This document shows, one piece after another, positions 29,419 through 38,849 of a stretch of DNA of 64,000 nt. The stretch lies in contig JABGXP010000010.1 of NCBI GenBank assembly GCA_018675685.1, positions 49,427 through 113,426 on the forward strand, in the 5' to 3' direction. The stretch is from a bacterium (lineage in GTDB: Bacteria > Patescibacteriota > Minisyncoccia > Moranbacterales > DUUL01). The notes below the pieces were generated by a model. The model saw only the letters and a list, made by a program, of their open reading frames with translations. It had not been told where the DNA came from and ran no database searches. Position 1 is the first letter of the stretch. The number at the start of each line of letters is the position of its first letter. The position numbers and the translations under genes are program-made.

Positions 29419-30420
29419 CTACCTCTTTTTACAAATTGGATCTATTGAACTTTTCCCATTTCCTTCAAAAACATTATCACTTGAAATTTCTACCATTTTT
29501 GTGAAATAAGGAGATTTAATTGGAGCATGAAGAGCACATCTAATTCCAAAGTCAACGTTTTTAGCTATGAGATTATTTGAAATTTGCACAATTGAATTGC
29601 CTTCAAACGTTTGAAGATTGATTCCACTTGCTCCATTTTGAAGAAATATAGAATTCTCAATCACTAAATCTATATTTCCGATTTCTGTTTCTAAACCACC
29701 TTCTCCGTTTCCAATCACCTCTATATTGCTAATATATGTTTTCATTCCTGCATGCAGATCAACACCTTCTTCCCCGTTCTCTTTTAAGTAGGAATCTTTA
29801 ATAGTAACAGTGCTTTTCTGAAGATAGACACCCTGTCTTCGATTCTTGGTAATATGAGTTTTAACTATATCTAGTGTTGGTTTTGATGTGGAGTGTATTT
29901 CATTGAATATCCCCCATTTTGTTGCTTTTGAAATTTTGCAATTTGAAATTAAAATCCCGGTTTTATCTTGGGGTATGTAAACATTATACTTTCCATTTTC
30001 AACTGAAATATTCAGCAACTTGGTATGATTGTTTGCAAAAATAACCTTTCCTTTGTCGAGCAAGTCCAATGGTTGGATTATGGTCAGTATATTATTTTTA
30101 TAGTCAGTTTCTCCAGATAGAATAATATTTTCTGGTAATATTAAGTTTTCCTCGTAGATTCCTTTCTTAATTTTTATAATTTTCAAAGAAGTTTCTTTTT
30201 CTATGGACTCCAGAGCTGAGGAGATCTTTTTAAAAGGGTATTCAACAGAACCATTTTCAAGATTATTTTTCGATGATTGGTTAACAAAAACAATTCCCTT
30301 TTGGGGAATCAGCAGTTCATTTATGACATAGTCACTTATTCTTAGGTGAATTTGCTTATTAACAAGAAAAATAAAGCCAAAAAGAATTAGATATATAAAA
30401 AGATTCTTGAGTAGAGGCAT
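29419..30420 (-). CDS. Right-handed parallel beta-helix (DUF1565-like) protein
   Basis: N-terminal TM, GS.EYPF..I..AL...I..G.Y.E motif, repeated I..N...G units. Confidence 0.75.
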   Translation of the reverse strand: MPLLKNLFIYLILFGFIFLVNKQIHLRISDYVINELLIPQKGIVFVNQSSKNNLENGSVEYPFKKISSALESIEKETSLKIIKIKKGIYEENLILPENIILSGETDYKNNILTIIQPLDLLDKGKVIFANNHTKLLNISVENGKYNVYIPQDKTGILISNCKISKATKWGIFNEIHSTSKPTLDIVKTHITKNRRQGVYLQKSTVTIKDSYLKENGEEGVDLHAGMKTYISNIEVIGNGEGGLETEIGNIDLVIENSIFLQNGASGINLQTFEGNSIVQISNNLIAKNVDFGIRCALHAPIKSPYFTKMVEISSDNVFEGNGKSSIDPICKKR

Positions 30421-30460
30421 ATTTATATTTTTTTAAAAAGGGTCTAAAAGATATCCTAAA

Positions 30461-31081
30461 CTATTTTGATAGTTTTTGAAAGTATAAATCGACATCACTA
30501 ATCCATTTTCTTACACTATAAGAGCTGTGGGTTCTACAAGAGGAACCACACTTCCAAACAATCATCTCCTTGGGAGTGTCTATTCCTTGTTTTACTAAAT
30601 AAGTTATTCGTTTAGCTACAATAGCTACAGCTTCTTCCCGTGAAGCAAAACAAGAATGCCCTCCGCTTCCAAGTGTGTTTGGTCCGCGATATCCCCAGTA
30701 ATTGAAACATTCCTTACCTTTGTATTTAGGAGTTCTTTTACCCCAATTACTTTCCTTCTTTGCGATACTCACGAGAAAAATTGAAACAATTTGATCATGC
30801 TCCATAATATAAGGAATCATTTCTTCAATCGGGTGCCCAGCAACCATTTCTCTTATTCTTTGTTCAAGCTCTATTTTTTCAATATTCTCAATATGAGAAC
30901 TCTTGCTTAAAGAAATATCTTCCTTGAGGTATATAAAATTATACCAAAGGCAAATAAATGTAAATAATAAAAGTACTAAAAAATATATCAAAAAATGACG
31001 AGATTTCTTCAGTGGAATAAAATCTTTTTTTAGTTTGTACAGAGATTTCTTTTTTGTTGCTTTTTCTTTTTTCATTTTCAA
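30461..31081 (-). CDS. Membrane-anchored lysozyme-fold (GH73-like) protein, paralog 3
   Basis: N-terminal TM; IAKKESNWG...CFNYWGY...CF...WKCGSSC. Confidence 0.55.
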   Translation of the reverse strand: MKMKKEKATKKKSLYKLKKDFIPLKKSRHFLIYFLVLLLFTFICLWYNFIYLKEDISLSKSSHIENIEKIELEQRIREMVAGHPIEEMIPYIMEHDQIVSIFLVSIAKKESNWGKRTPKYKGKECFNYWGYRGPNTLGSGGHSCFASREEAVAIVAKRITYLVKQGIDTPKEMIVWKCGSSCRTHSSYSVRKWISDVDLYFQKLSK

Positions 31082-31145
31082 AGTCTTGTCACGTCTATCT
31101 TAATCATAACACAGAAAAGAATAGTCCTCAAAAAATCAACAAGTT

Positions 31146-31616
31146 TTAATAATGATATTGTTTTTTGTTGAGAATGCTAATTGCCCGATAGATTTGTTCG
31201 AATAACAATAATCTTGCTATTTCGTGAGGGAATGTCATCTGAGAAAGTGAAATTTTTTGTAGTTGTAACTTTTTGATTTCATCGCTAAACCCAAGAGTTC
31301 CAGCAACAATGAACGTGATACGCCCTGAAACTTTTTCAAGTTTTTTTGAAAAGTCGACTGAGGAGCACTCTTTGCCGTTTTCGTCTAATAGGAAAAAGTT
31401 TTCTGTATCATTTTTCATTATATATGTAAGGATTTTTTCACCTTCCTTTTTCTTGGACTTCAATTTATCACTTTCACGTAAGAATGGAATTGCTGACAAT
31501 TCAAGTATTTCTAATTTGCAAAAAGGACTAAGTCGTTTTTGATATTCTTTAACTAAAGAGAGAATTTCTTGATTTTTAATTTTTCCAACTGCAACAATTT
31601 TTATATCTAAAAACAT
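31146..31616 (-). CDS. rlmH: 23S rRNA pseudouridine1915-N3 methyltransferase RlmH
   Basis: IVAVGK, EY.KRL, LD..GK, SLS.MTFPH...R..L.EQIYRA, terminal YH. Confidence 0.95.
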   Translation of the reverse strand: MFLDIKIVAVGKIKNQEILSLVKEYQKRLSPFCKLEILELSAIPFLRESDKLKSKKKEGEKILTYIMKNDTENFFLLDENGKECSSVDFSKKLEKVSGRITFIVAGTLGFSDEIKKLQLQKISLSQMTFPHEIARLLLFEQIYRAISILNKKQYHY

Positions 31617-31660
31617 AAAAGGTTATTATTTTATTATTAATGATTTATTTTTGAAATGAA

Positions 31661-31696
31661 AAATGCACTACCTCGTCAATACGCGGTAGTCCATTT
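31661..31696 (-). terminator. Terminator of micropeptide A unit
   Basis: Minus strand aaatg-gactacc-gcgt...acg-aggtagt-gcattt followed by a T-rich tail. Confidence 0.6.
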
Positions 31697-31734
31697 CTGG
31701 TCGCTCCTCGGCGACGATCTAAGAAAGTATCCGA

Positions 31735-31854
31735 CTAATTGGCTTTTTGGACGTGGCCGTTACCTGTTGCATAGGCATTCATATCGGCATTAAATGTGTC
31801 CTGTGTACCTGCAGCTGCTGTAGCTGTAATTGGTGGTCCGTAGCGCATCTTCAT
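31735..31854 (-). CDS. Unannotated 39-aa micropeptide A (MKMRYGPPITATAAAGTQDTFNADMNAYATGNGHVQKAN)
   Basis: Manual translation; GGGAGG SD 6 nt upstream of ATG; promoter TTGACA-N18-TATAAT at 31960..31989; downstream terminator. Confidence 0.65.
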   Translation of the reverse strand: MKMRYGPPITATAAAGTQDTFNADMNAYATGNGHVQKAN

Positions 31855-32020
31855 GGGTAACCTCCCGTGGGTTAATTTGAATTTTGGCTAAAAGCCGTCG
31901 ATAAATTATGTAGACCAATCAAGCGTGAAAAGCTCGATAAGCCTAGGGAACTGTTTAGTATTATAAAACAAGGGAATCGCTATTGTCAAATATTAATTTA
32001 ATTTTTGGTTATTTTTAATA

Positions 32021-32058
32021 AAAAAGCAGGCCCAGCTCGAAAATTCGAGTTGGGCCTG
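32021..32058 (-). terminator. Terminator of micropeptide B unit
   Basis: caggcccagctcgaaaattcgagttgggcctg hairpin with A tract on plus (U tract on minus). Confidence 0.8.
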
Positions 32059-32094
32059 ACATTTTGTGGGGTCCTTTACCCCAAAGCCGGCTTG

Positions 32095-32277
32095 TTATCC
32101 ACAAATCATGATTCCCATTGCACCGTCTGCTGAGACATCGTCCGCAACCATAGTAGAATGGCTGACAATGCAGGTGGTCACCACATTTCCGAGATCATCT
32201 GATTTTCCTGTGGCTGTGCCCAGTGAGCTGTAAGTGGCATTGATATTGCCAGAGTTAAGGTTGGTAAACTTGTTCAT
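32095..32277 (-). CDS. 60-aa micropeptide B (MNKFTNLNSG...GIMICG); true start likely ATG 32277
   Basis: AGGAGGAAGGAG SD before ATG 32277; promoter TTGACA-N18-TAAAAT at 32399..32428. Confidence 0.7.
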   Translation of the reverse strand: MNKFTNLNSGNINATYSSLGTATGKSDDLGNVVTTCIVSHSTMVADDVSADGAMGIMICG

Positions 32278-32534
32278 AAGCTCCTTCCTCCTACTGTGAG
32301 TGAAATACATGTGGTTTTTAGGCCACGGCTTTAGTAAAGTACTGCTTTGTCGGGTTTTTCCGATGCTACGAATGCGCTTTTGACGCAAGATTACTCTTAT
32401 TTTAAAACAAGTAGGGCATGCTTGTCAAATATCCAAACAACCCAAGGCATCATTTTGTTAATAGTAACCTTACTTTTCTCAAGGAAGTTTGTTATAATTG
32501 AAATGTAATTTTTCAAATAATAAAAACAAGGAGA

Positions 32535-33212
32535 ATGAATAGTATCAACATGGTTCTAACAGTTATCATGTTTGCTCTTTTCGCTGTAGCAGGACTTTTA
32601 GTTAAATTCCCTGACAAGGGGGATGATTTGATGGTGCAGCTAGCTAAGGGGCAGTTGTTTTCTGAAGAAGGAATTTACACTGGAAAAGTTGTCTTTGTGG
32701 AAGGTGACTTAGAGCAGAGAGTGCCTAAAGGTGGGGGATGGAAAAAGTTGGCGCAAGGAGAACAATTTCTTCCGGGGATGGAAATTAGAACGCTAGCAGA
32801 TTCAAAAGCAATCATTGAGTTTGATGAGAGAACAGCTCTATTAATGTCAGAAGTAACCCAAATAACTTTTGAAAATAAGCTATATCAAATTGACGTAGAG
32901 CTCGTTAATGGCTTTATTTTTAATAAAATTGATCTTGTTGCTTCTCGAAAATATAATATCAACGTAAACGATTACAGAATCGAAGCTACAAATGCTAATT
33001 TTGCTGTTAGAAAAGAATTCCAAGGCAATCCAGAAGTGTTAGTTTTGAGAGAAAAAATAGATCTATTTATAGACAAAGAGAAAAAGAACACATTTAACAA
33101 GGGGAGAAAGGTCGGTTTAAGAGTCGAAGAAATAGAAGAAATGGAAATCTCAGCCGATGATTACGCAAGGGAAGAAATGATATGGGGTTTAAAAGAGAGT
33201 GAAAAAAAATAG
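32535..33212 (+). CDS. FecR-domain membrane-anchored protein
   Basis: N-terminal TM; G.V..VEG......W..L..G.....G..IRT...S.A.I.F motif. Confidence 0.7.
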   Translation: MNSINMVLTVIMFALFAVAGLLVKFPDKGDDLMVQLAKGQLFSEEGIYTGKVVFVEGDLEQRVPKGGGWKKLAQGEQFLPGMEIRTLADSKAIIEFDERTALLMSEVTQITFENKLYQIDVELVNGFIFNKIDLVASRKYNINVNDYRIEATNANFAVRKEFQGNPEVLVLREKIDLFIDKEKKNTFNKGRKVGLRVEEIEEMEISADDYAREEMIWGLKESEKK

Positions 33213-33259
33213 TGTCAACGCAACGTGTAGTAAAAGTTCATGCAACTATACAACTAGAA

Positions 33260-33306
33260 TATAAATAAAAAATCACTGGTATTATACTAGTGATTTTTTA
33301 TTTATA
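33260..33306. terminator. Bidirectional terminator
   Basis: tataaataaaaaatcactggtat-t-atactagtgattttttatttata. Confidence 0.75.
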
Positions 33307-33314
33307 GAAAGAGC

Positions 33315-34967
33315 CTAATTCTTAGGTGTCCAGATTTTTTCTTGATATTCGTTTACAAGCCTGTGAGTGTTGAAATGCCCAACCAAGGAAATCGCATTTT
33401 TCATTCTTTCAGCCCATTCATCTGTTCGATTATAATAACAATCGATTAAATCCTCCAATTGAACTAGGAGTGCTTTTGAATCATGTGCATCTTGATCTTC
33501 CCCTTCTGAGAAAGCTTCATTTCCAAATGCCCAACCAGCTTTTTTATTCATATTATACCCTTCAATCCACCAACCATCAAGAATTGAAAGGTTCAGGCCT
33601 CCATTTAATGCTGCTTTCATCCCACTTGTTCCGCTGGCTTCCCTTGGTGGAATTGGATTGTTCAACCAAACATCACAACCAGTAATTAACTTCTTGGCAA
33701 CTTCTATATTGTATTCTGTTAGAATCGCAACGCGGATTTGTCCACGAAGCATGTGGGAGTATCGCTCAACTTCTTGTTTTATTTGGTTGCAAAAAGAGTC
33801 TCCTTCATGACAATTTCCTGCAAAGATAAGTTGAATTTTTCTGTAACCCATATTCCGAAGTCGCTCCATGTCCTTAAAAATCAAAGTATGTCTTTTGTAG
33901 GGGACATAGCGACGTGCAAAGCCAATCGTGAGAGTTTTGACTCCGAACGAATCATCATCCTCAATCTTTTCAAAGGGAAATAATTCCTTTCTGGAATTTA
34001 ACCAATCAACTAATTCATGTTTTTGCTTTTTATGCGCTGCTACAATTGCCTGGGAATCAATTTTTTCAGTAGTGTCTTTTAGTAGTTCAGGTTTTTCTTC
34101 CCAGCCGGCAAAGGCCTCATCTAAGAGAGTTTTAATCTCGCCTCCAACCCAACGAGGATGATAGATTCCGTTAGTAACATTCTCAAAGTCATGTCGAGGA
34201 AACATTCCTTCGCAAACCTCACGATGTTTAGCGGAAACGCTATTAGAGACACGACTTAGATTTAACGCTAAATCAGTCGTGCTCAGATCTTCGTAGGTCG
34301 CATATTCTTTAATTTCGAGCGGCAGAGCTTTGTGTATTGTGCTGTAGGCTAATTTATACTCAAAATGATCATGTCCAGCTGGGACTGGTGTGTGAGTTGT
34401 GAAAGTACAAAGATCCCTTACTTTTTTTGCATCGTGATTGTGTTTTTTCAGTAGTTCTAATGTTAGGAGGGATGAATGACCTTCATTCATATGGTAAGTA
34501 TCAAGCTTATTGTAGCCAAGGATTTCAAGCGCACGAACACCGGCAATTCCCAAGATCAACTCTTGTCCCAAGCGAGTGTAGCGATCAGCAGCATATAGAT
34601 ATTTCGTAAGATCCCTATCCCATTTTTTATTATCTGGATGATTACTGCTTAAAAAAATGATCGGAATTGATTTTTCACTTCGTCCTTTCAGAGCAAGCTC
34701 CCAGAGCATAATTTTCACATTTCGTCCTTCAATTTCGACTTCAACTATCTCGTCATGCAAGGTCAGAAACTCTTCTGCATTAAACATCTTACCCTCTTCT
34801 TCACTTTGATGATAGATAAGCGAAACACCAACAACATCGCTACCAAGATCGGCGCAAGAATGTAAAGTGTCACCGGCAAGAATTCCAAGACCTCCAGCAT
34901 AGTTTGGAATTGCATCTTGCAAGGCAATCTCCATCGAGAAATAAGCAGTAGTTTGTAGTTTTTCCAC
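33315..34967 (-). CDS. glgP: Alpha-glucan (glycogen) phosphorylase, short form
   Basis: AYFSMEI, YAGGLGILAGD, HMNEGH, GFARR...YKR, EASGTSGMK PLP-lysine motif; GTG start. Confidence 0.92.
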   Translation of the reverse strand: MEKLQTTAYFSMEIALQDAIPNYAGGLGILAGDTLHSCADLGSDVVGVSLIYHQSEEEGKMFNAEEFLTLHDEIVEVEIEGRNVKIMLWELALKGRSEKSIPIIFLSSNHPDNKKWDRDLTKYLYAADRYTRLGQELILGIAGVRALEILGYNKLDTYHMNEGHSSLLTLELLKKHNHDAKKVRDLCTFTTHTPVPAGHDHFEYKLAYSTIHKALPLEIKEYATYEDLSTTDLALNLSRVSNSVSAKHREVCEGMFPRHDFENVTNGIYHPRWVGGEIKTLLDEAFAGWEEKPELLKDTTEKIDSQAIVAAHKKQKHELVDWLNSRKELFPFEKIEDDDSFGVKTLTIGFARRYVPYKRHTLIFKDMERLRNMGYRKIQLIFAGNCHEGDSFCNQIKQEVERYSHMLRGQIRVAILTEYNIEVAKKLITGCDVWLNNPIPPREASGTSGMKAALNGGLNLSILDGWWIEGYNMNKKAGWAFGNEAFSEGEDQDAHDSKALLVQLEDLIDCYYNRTDEWAERMKNAISLVGHFNTHRLVNEYQEKIWTPKN

Positions 34968-35108
34968 AGTAAATATAACTTTCTTTCAAATACGCCACAA
35001 GACAAAAGCTTATCTGAAGATAGATTTTTATTTTTATTATTTTTTTATTAAGTAATATAACTATAACATATACAGGAGATTTTCAGAAGACATTTATTTT
35101 TTAAAACA

Positions 35109-35181
35109 TTGCTTTTTGTGGGTAGGTATGAGATATTTGTTGGAAGGCTAAAAAATATAGTCTTTTGTAGTACGTTGAAAT
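35109..35181 (+). promoter_or_regulatory. Promoter/leader block, copy 1 (upstream of purL)
   Basis: TTGCTT-N17-GATATT; 25-nt core 23/25 identical to 38736..38760. Confidence 0.6.
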
Positions 35182-35262
35182 CTATTGTGAAAAATTTATA
35201 GTTAGAATATGGAAATATTCTATTAACCTAAGTATAACTCAAACCTGCAAGGAGGTTACAAG

Positions 35263-38001
35263 ATGATCTATTCGATCGCTGTACGGCCTAAAGAAAAAAA
35301 TGGGTCGGTTATCAAGGTCTATTATCTGGAAATTTCTAAGGAAAATCCGGACATTGATCTTCTGGCTAACACTTTGTTCCATAATCCGTTGACTGAGGAG
35401 CTGGTACCGGAACTGCCACAAGAAAACATCACAATTGTGATGCGCAACAATGCAGTTTTGGATTCTGCTCAGAAGTCAATCATCGACGGTTGTCGAAGGC
35501 TCGGTGTGGAAGTGGAAGCAGCCAAAGTAGCTCATTGCTACATTGGCGAAGTACCCGCTTCAGTTTTTATTAACCCTTTGATTCATGTGAAATATCATGA
35601 AGTGCCTCAACTGGAAACCCTGAAACCACGCGGTTCCAAGGTTCCCATGGAAGTTGTTGATTTGCGTGAGTATGACGATAAAGGACTTATGCAGATGAGC
35701 GAAGATCGGGATTTGAGTCTATCTTTGAAACAGATGAGAGAGTTGGTTTTGATTCAGATGGATTTGGAACAAGGCCCGGTTTCAGATGTATTCCTGGATA
35801 TTTTCGCGGCCCGCTGGTCAGATCACTGTTGTCACACTACTTGGCTATCCTGTGGATTGCTAAATATGCTCAAGAGAGCAACTGAAGTCATTGCCAATCC
35901 CAATCTCGTATCAGCCTATTATGATAATGCTGGTGGTTGGGCTTTCTATGACAATCTAGTGCTCTGTATTTCAATCGAAACTCATAACAGTCCGACAGGA
36001 AAAGAACCTTATGGCGGACAAATCACTAAACTACTCGGGAATATCCGTGATATTTTCGAATTTGCCTTAGGTGCCAAGCCGATTGGCTCCCTGGAATTGA
36101 CAGTTCTGGGTGAATTAGCCCGGAAAAAATTTCCTGAAATTGCTGGATTCACTCTTGATGCTGATATTGTTGCAAGGGAAACTATTCGGGCTATTGCTGA
36201 TGCCGGAGACCCCATGGGGATTCCGATGATGCTGGCCTCGATGGATTCCCATCCTGGTTATTCCGGAAAACCCTTCGCTTTGGGCGGAAATGTCGGAATT
36301 ACAAGGAAGGAAGTGGCTCAAAAAGGAGTTCCAAGAATTGGCGATTGGGCTGTAGTCCTTAACTGGACTGGTAATGATGGCTATCACGGTGCGACAGTTA
36401 GTTCTGGTGGTTTAACCGAAAAGACTGACACTGGCGATGCCAACCATGTTCAGATGGGGGATACCTTTCCACAACAGAAGTTGATGAGAGCTCGACTGGA
36501 ACTTCGTGATAATGACTGTTTGAGTGCCGGGAATGATTTCGGTGCCGCCGGATTTACTTCCTTTATGGAAATAGCCGAAGCCACTAAGCGTGGAGTCGGA
36601 TATGCTGGCGGGGTCAAACTGAATTTTGGCTGGGTTCCGACGAAATGTGTCGGTATTCCTGACAAAATTATTGCTGTTGGCGAAAGTCAGGAACGTTTCG
36701 GACACGTTGTGAAACCGGAGAAATTGGAAGAAGCCATGGCCATCTACGAAAAATATGAATTGATGGCGACTGTGGTTGGAATTTTCACTGGTAATAATCG
36801 GGTTCAGATTTTTAATGATCCCGATGCTACTAAACTAACTGTAGAGTCACCATTAACGGGGGTTGTCTCTTTTGACGTCCCCTACGAAATGTTTGATCGT
36901 TGTCCTTTGCCGACTGCTAAGCCGGTAGCTCCTCCGACGCTTTCTCCTCAGATTGTATTTCCTAAAATTGAGAAAAAGAACGTGGAAGAGTTAGCCATTC
37001 AGGTTGTAGGCAGTTTTGCCTTGGCTAATCAAGCTTGGGCTACCACCCAGTATGATTCAACAGTTCAGGGTATTACTAAACAAGGTCCGTTATACGGGAA
37101 GAATTACAATATCCCGAGTTCCTTGGCAGTACTTAAGCCAGTTGAAGATAAGAACTGGGGTGTGACTTTCAGTTCCAGTTTTGCTCCTTGGCAGTTTGAT
37201 GTTGATCCTGTTGCGGCAGCTTTCAATGCCGTAGCAGACGCTGTAATAAAACAGATTGTGGCCGGTGTAAGCATGGAAGACATTTGTCTGGCCGATAATT
37301 TTTACACCCCAGATAAAGACCCTTATGCTTTATGGTATCTATGTGAGCAGGTTAAACTGCTAGCAGAAACATCCGTTGCATTTGGGGCTCCCTTTATTAC
37401 CGGTAAGGATAGTTCTCATGGCTCAGGTGAATATAATGGCACCATTGTCAATGTTCCTCCTGGGGTCTGTGTCTCAGCGCTAGGGAAGGTTCCTGATTTT
37501 CATAAAATCACACCTCATCTCTGGAGCTCTCCTGGTAACAAATTGTATTCCATTGGTTATCAAACTAAAACCCTTAAGGGTTCGATTCTGGCTTCTGAGC
37601 TAGACTTGATCGAACGAGATCAGATTGACACTATGACAATTGGTCAGGGGGCTCGATTTTTGAAAGAGCTCGAAGTTTTTACGCAGGCTGGGCATTTTGC
37701 TTCAGCTGTGCCGGTTAACCGTGGTGGTTTGATCCAGAAATTGTTTGAAGGAGTCCAAGCTTCCGGATTTGGTGTGAAAACCGATCTAGTGGAAGAACTT
37801 TTTCCGGAAAGCTTTGGTTCAGTGCTGGTGGAAGTTTCACCCAAGATTTCAGGATTAGTGGAAGGTTATTTCAACGGCGAAATAGAATTGGTCGGTGAAA
37901 TTACCGCTACACCTGAAATAGCAGTGCAAGGAACAAACCTTGATATGAATAAACTCTTCAATGCCTGGAATAGTGGCTTTACAAGAAAGGTGGTGGTTTA
38001 A
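35263..38001 (+). CDS. purL: Phosphoribosylformylglycinamidine synthase subunit PurL (divergent, N-terminally extended)
   Basis: WSDHCCH, ETHNSPT..EPYGG, DGYHGA..SS, VQMGD, D.GAAG, ESQER, QYDS.VQ, DNF, GKDS. Confidence 0.9.
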   Translation: MIYSIAVRPKEKNGSVIKVYYLEISKENPDIDLLANTLFHNPLTEELVPELPQENITIVMRNNAVLDSAQKSIIDGCRRLGVEVEAAKVAHCYIGEVPASVFINPLIHVKYHEVPQLETLKPRGSKVPMEVVDLREYDDKGLMQMSEDRDLSLSLKQMRELVLIQMDLEQGPVSDVFLDIFAARWSDHCCHTTWLSCGLLNMLKRATEVIANPNLVSAYYDNAGGWAFYDNLVLCISIETHNSPTGKEPYGGQITKLLGNIRDIFEFALGAKPIGSLELTVLGELARKKFPEIAGFTLDADIVARETIRAIADAGDPMGIPMMLASMDSHPGYSGKPFALGGNVGITRKEVAQKGVPRIGDWAVVLNWTGNDGYHGATVSSGGLTEKTDTGDANHVQMGDTFPQQKLMRARLELRDNDCLSAGNDFGAAGFTSFMEIAEATKRGVGYAGGVKLNFGWVPTKCVGIPDKIIAVGESQERFGHVVKPEKLEEAMAIYEKYELMATVVGIFTGNNRVQIFNDPDATKLTVESPLTGVVSFDVPYEMFDRCPLPTAKPVAPPTLSPQIVFPKIEKKNVEELAIQVVGSFALANQAWATTQYDSTVQGITKQGPLYGKNYNIPSSLAVLKPVEDKNWGVTFSSSFAPWQFDVDPVAAAFNAVADAVIKQIVAGVSMEDICLADNFYTPDKDPYALWYLCEQVKLLAETSVAFGAPFITGKDSSHGSGEYNGTIVNVPPGVCVSALGKVPDFHKITPHLWSSPGNKLYSIGYQTKTLKGSILASELDLIERDQIDTMTIGQGARFLKELEVFTQAGHFASAVPVNRGGLIQKLFEGVQASGFGVKTDLVEELFPESFGSVLVEVSPKISGLVEGYFNGEIELVGEITATPEIAVQGTNLDMNKLFNAWNSGFTRKVVV

Positions 38002-38640
38002 ATGAAAAAAGTATTTGTCATTTATTGGCCGGGAATCAATTGTGAGGAAGAAACAATGGCCGCTTTTCGGGCTGTTGGTGCTGATCCTCAGTTGGTTTTT
38101 GTTCGGGATTTGATCTCCGGAAAAATCAAGATCACTGACTGTGATTTGATTTGTTTCCCAGGTGGATTTTCTTATGGTGATCACATTGACACTGGGATCG
38201 TTGCAGCTGTAATGATTCAGGAATTTATTCAGGCGCTCCTAGAGGCCAAAATCCCAGGGATTTTTATTTGCAATGGTTTCCAAATCGCAGTCAGAGCGGG
38301 AATCTTTGGTAATAACAACTTAGCCTTGGTTCAGAATGATTCAGGAGTTTTCTGTAGTCGTCCAGCCAAGCATTTTGTTGAGAAAAGTAACTGTCTTTGG
38401 ACAGCAGGATTGGAAGGAAGAACTCTTAAATTCCCTGCTGCTCATCATGCCGGTAAAGTCACCACTTTCGGCCATGTTAATCGTGTGATGCGCTATGAAG
38501 GGCTCTCTCCTAATGGAGGAGAAATAGCTGCTGTCACAAATCCGAATGGCACGCTCTTGGGCATTATGGACCATCCGGAGAGGCCGATAGGGAACAAGGA
38601 CGGTCTTGAGATTTTTCGCAACGGAATAAAAGCAGTTTGA
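38002..38640 (+). CDS. purQ: FGAM synthase glutaminase subunit PurQ
   Basis: PG.NC..ET, PGGFSYGD, ICNGFQ nucleophile, HPER. Confidence 0.93.
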   Translation: MKKVFVIYWPGINCEEETMAAFRAVGADPQLVFVRDLISGKIKITDCDLICFPGGFSYGDHIDTGIVAAVMIQEFIQALLEAKIPGIFICNGFQIAVRAGIFGNNNLALVQNDSGVFCSRPAKHFVEKSNCLWTAGLEGRTLKFPAAHHAGKVTTFGHVNRVMRYEGLSPNGGEIAAVTNPNGTLLGIMDHPERPIGNKDGLEIFRNGIKAV

Positions 38641-38658
38641 AAGGACTGCACGATACAT

Positions 38659-38701
38659 AAAGGTATCTTTGGAAATTTTTCCAAAGATACCTTTTCTTTT
38701 T
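38659..38701 (+). terminator. Intrinsic terminator after purQ
   Basis: aaaggtatctttggaaa / tttccaaagataccttt plus T tract. Confidence 0.8.
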
Positions 38702-38717
38702 AAGAATATTAAAATTG

Positions 38718-38787
38718 TTGCTTTTAGCTTTTAGATATGAGATATTAGTTGGAAGACTAAGAGTATTTTTTAGTAGTACATTACAAT
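38718..38787 (+). promoter_or_regulatory. Promoter/leader block, copy 2 (upstream of cdsA-purM)
   Basis: TTGCTT-N17-GATATT; near-identical to 35109 block. Confidence 0.6.
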
Positions 38788-38849
38788 TAGAAACTGATTT
38801 TTAAAGGAAGATCAATAAAGACATCAATAGACTTTGAAAGGAGGAGTTT

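Noticed and set aside
31146-31200. rlmH (orfX) 3' end as an SCC-like integration site
   Set aside because: No recombinase or direct repeat nearby; the micropeptide units lie upstream of rlmH, not at its 3' end
32278-32388. N-terminal extension of the 97-aa ORF-track call
   Set aside because: The TTG start lies at the predicted transcription start with no SD; a strong SD precedes ATG 32277
32300-32395. Possible c-di-GMP-I riboswitch in the micropeptide B leader (aaagccgtggcctaaa resembles part of the consensus)
   Set aside because: The GGCAAA...GAAA-tetraloop...GACGCAAA stem and the closing 3' motif are not present in the right order or strand
35195-35240. Possible purine riboswitch before purL (AATATGG present)
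   Set aside because: No GTTTCTAC or CCGTAAA elements; the segment folds as a simple tagaatat-ggaa-atattcta hairpin
38638-38640. Alternative genetic code 25 (TGA=Gly)
   Set aside because: purQ and the PilB gene end at TGA at expected lengths, and conserved genes are uninterrupted under code 11
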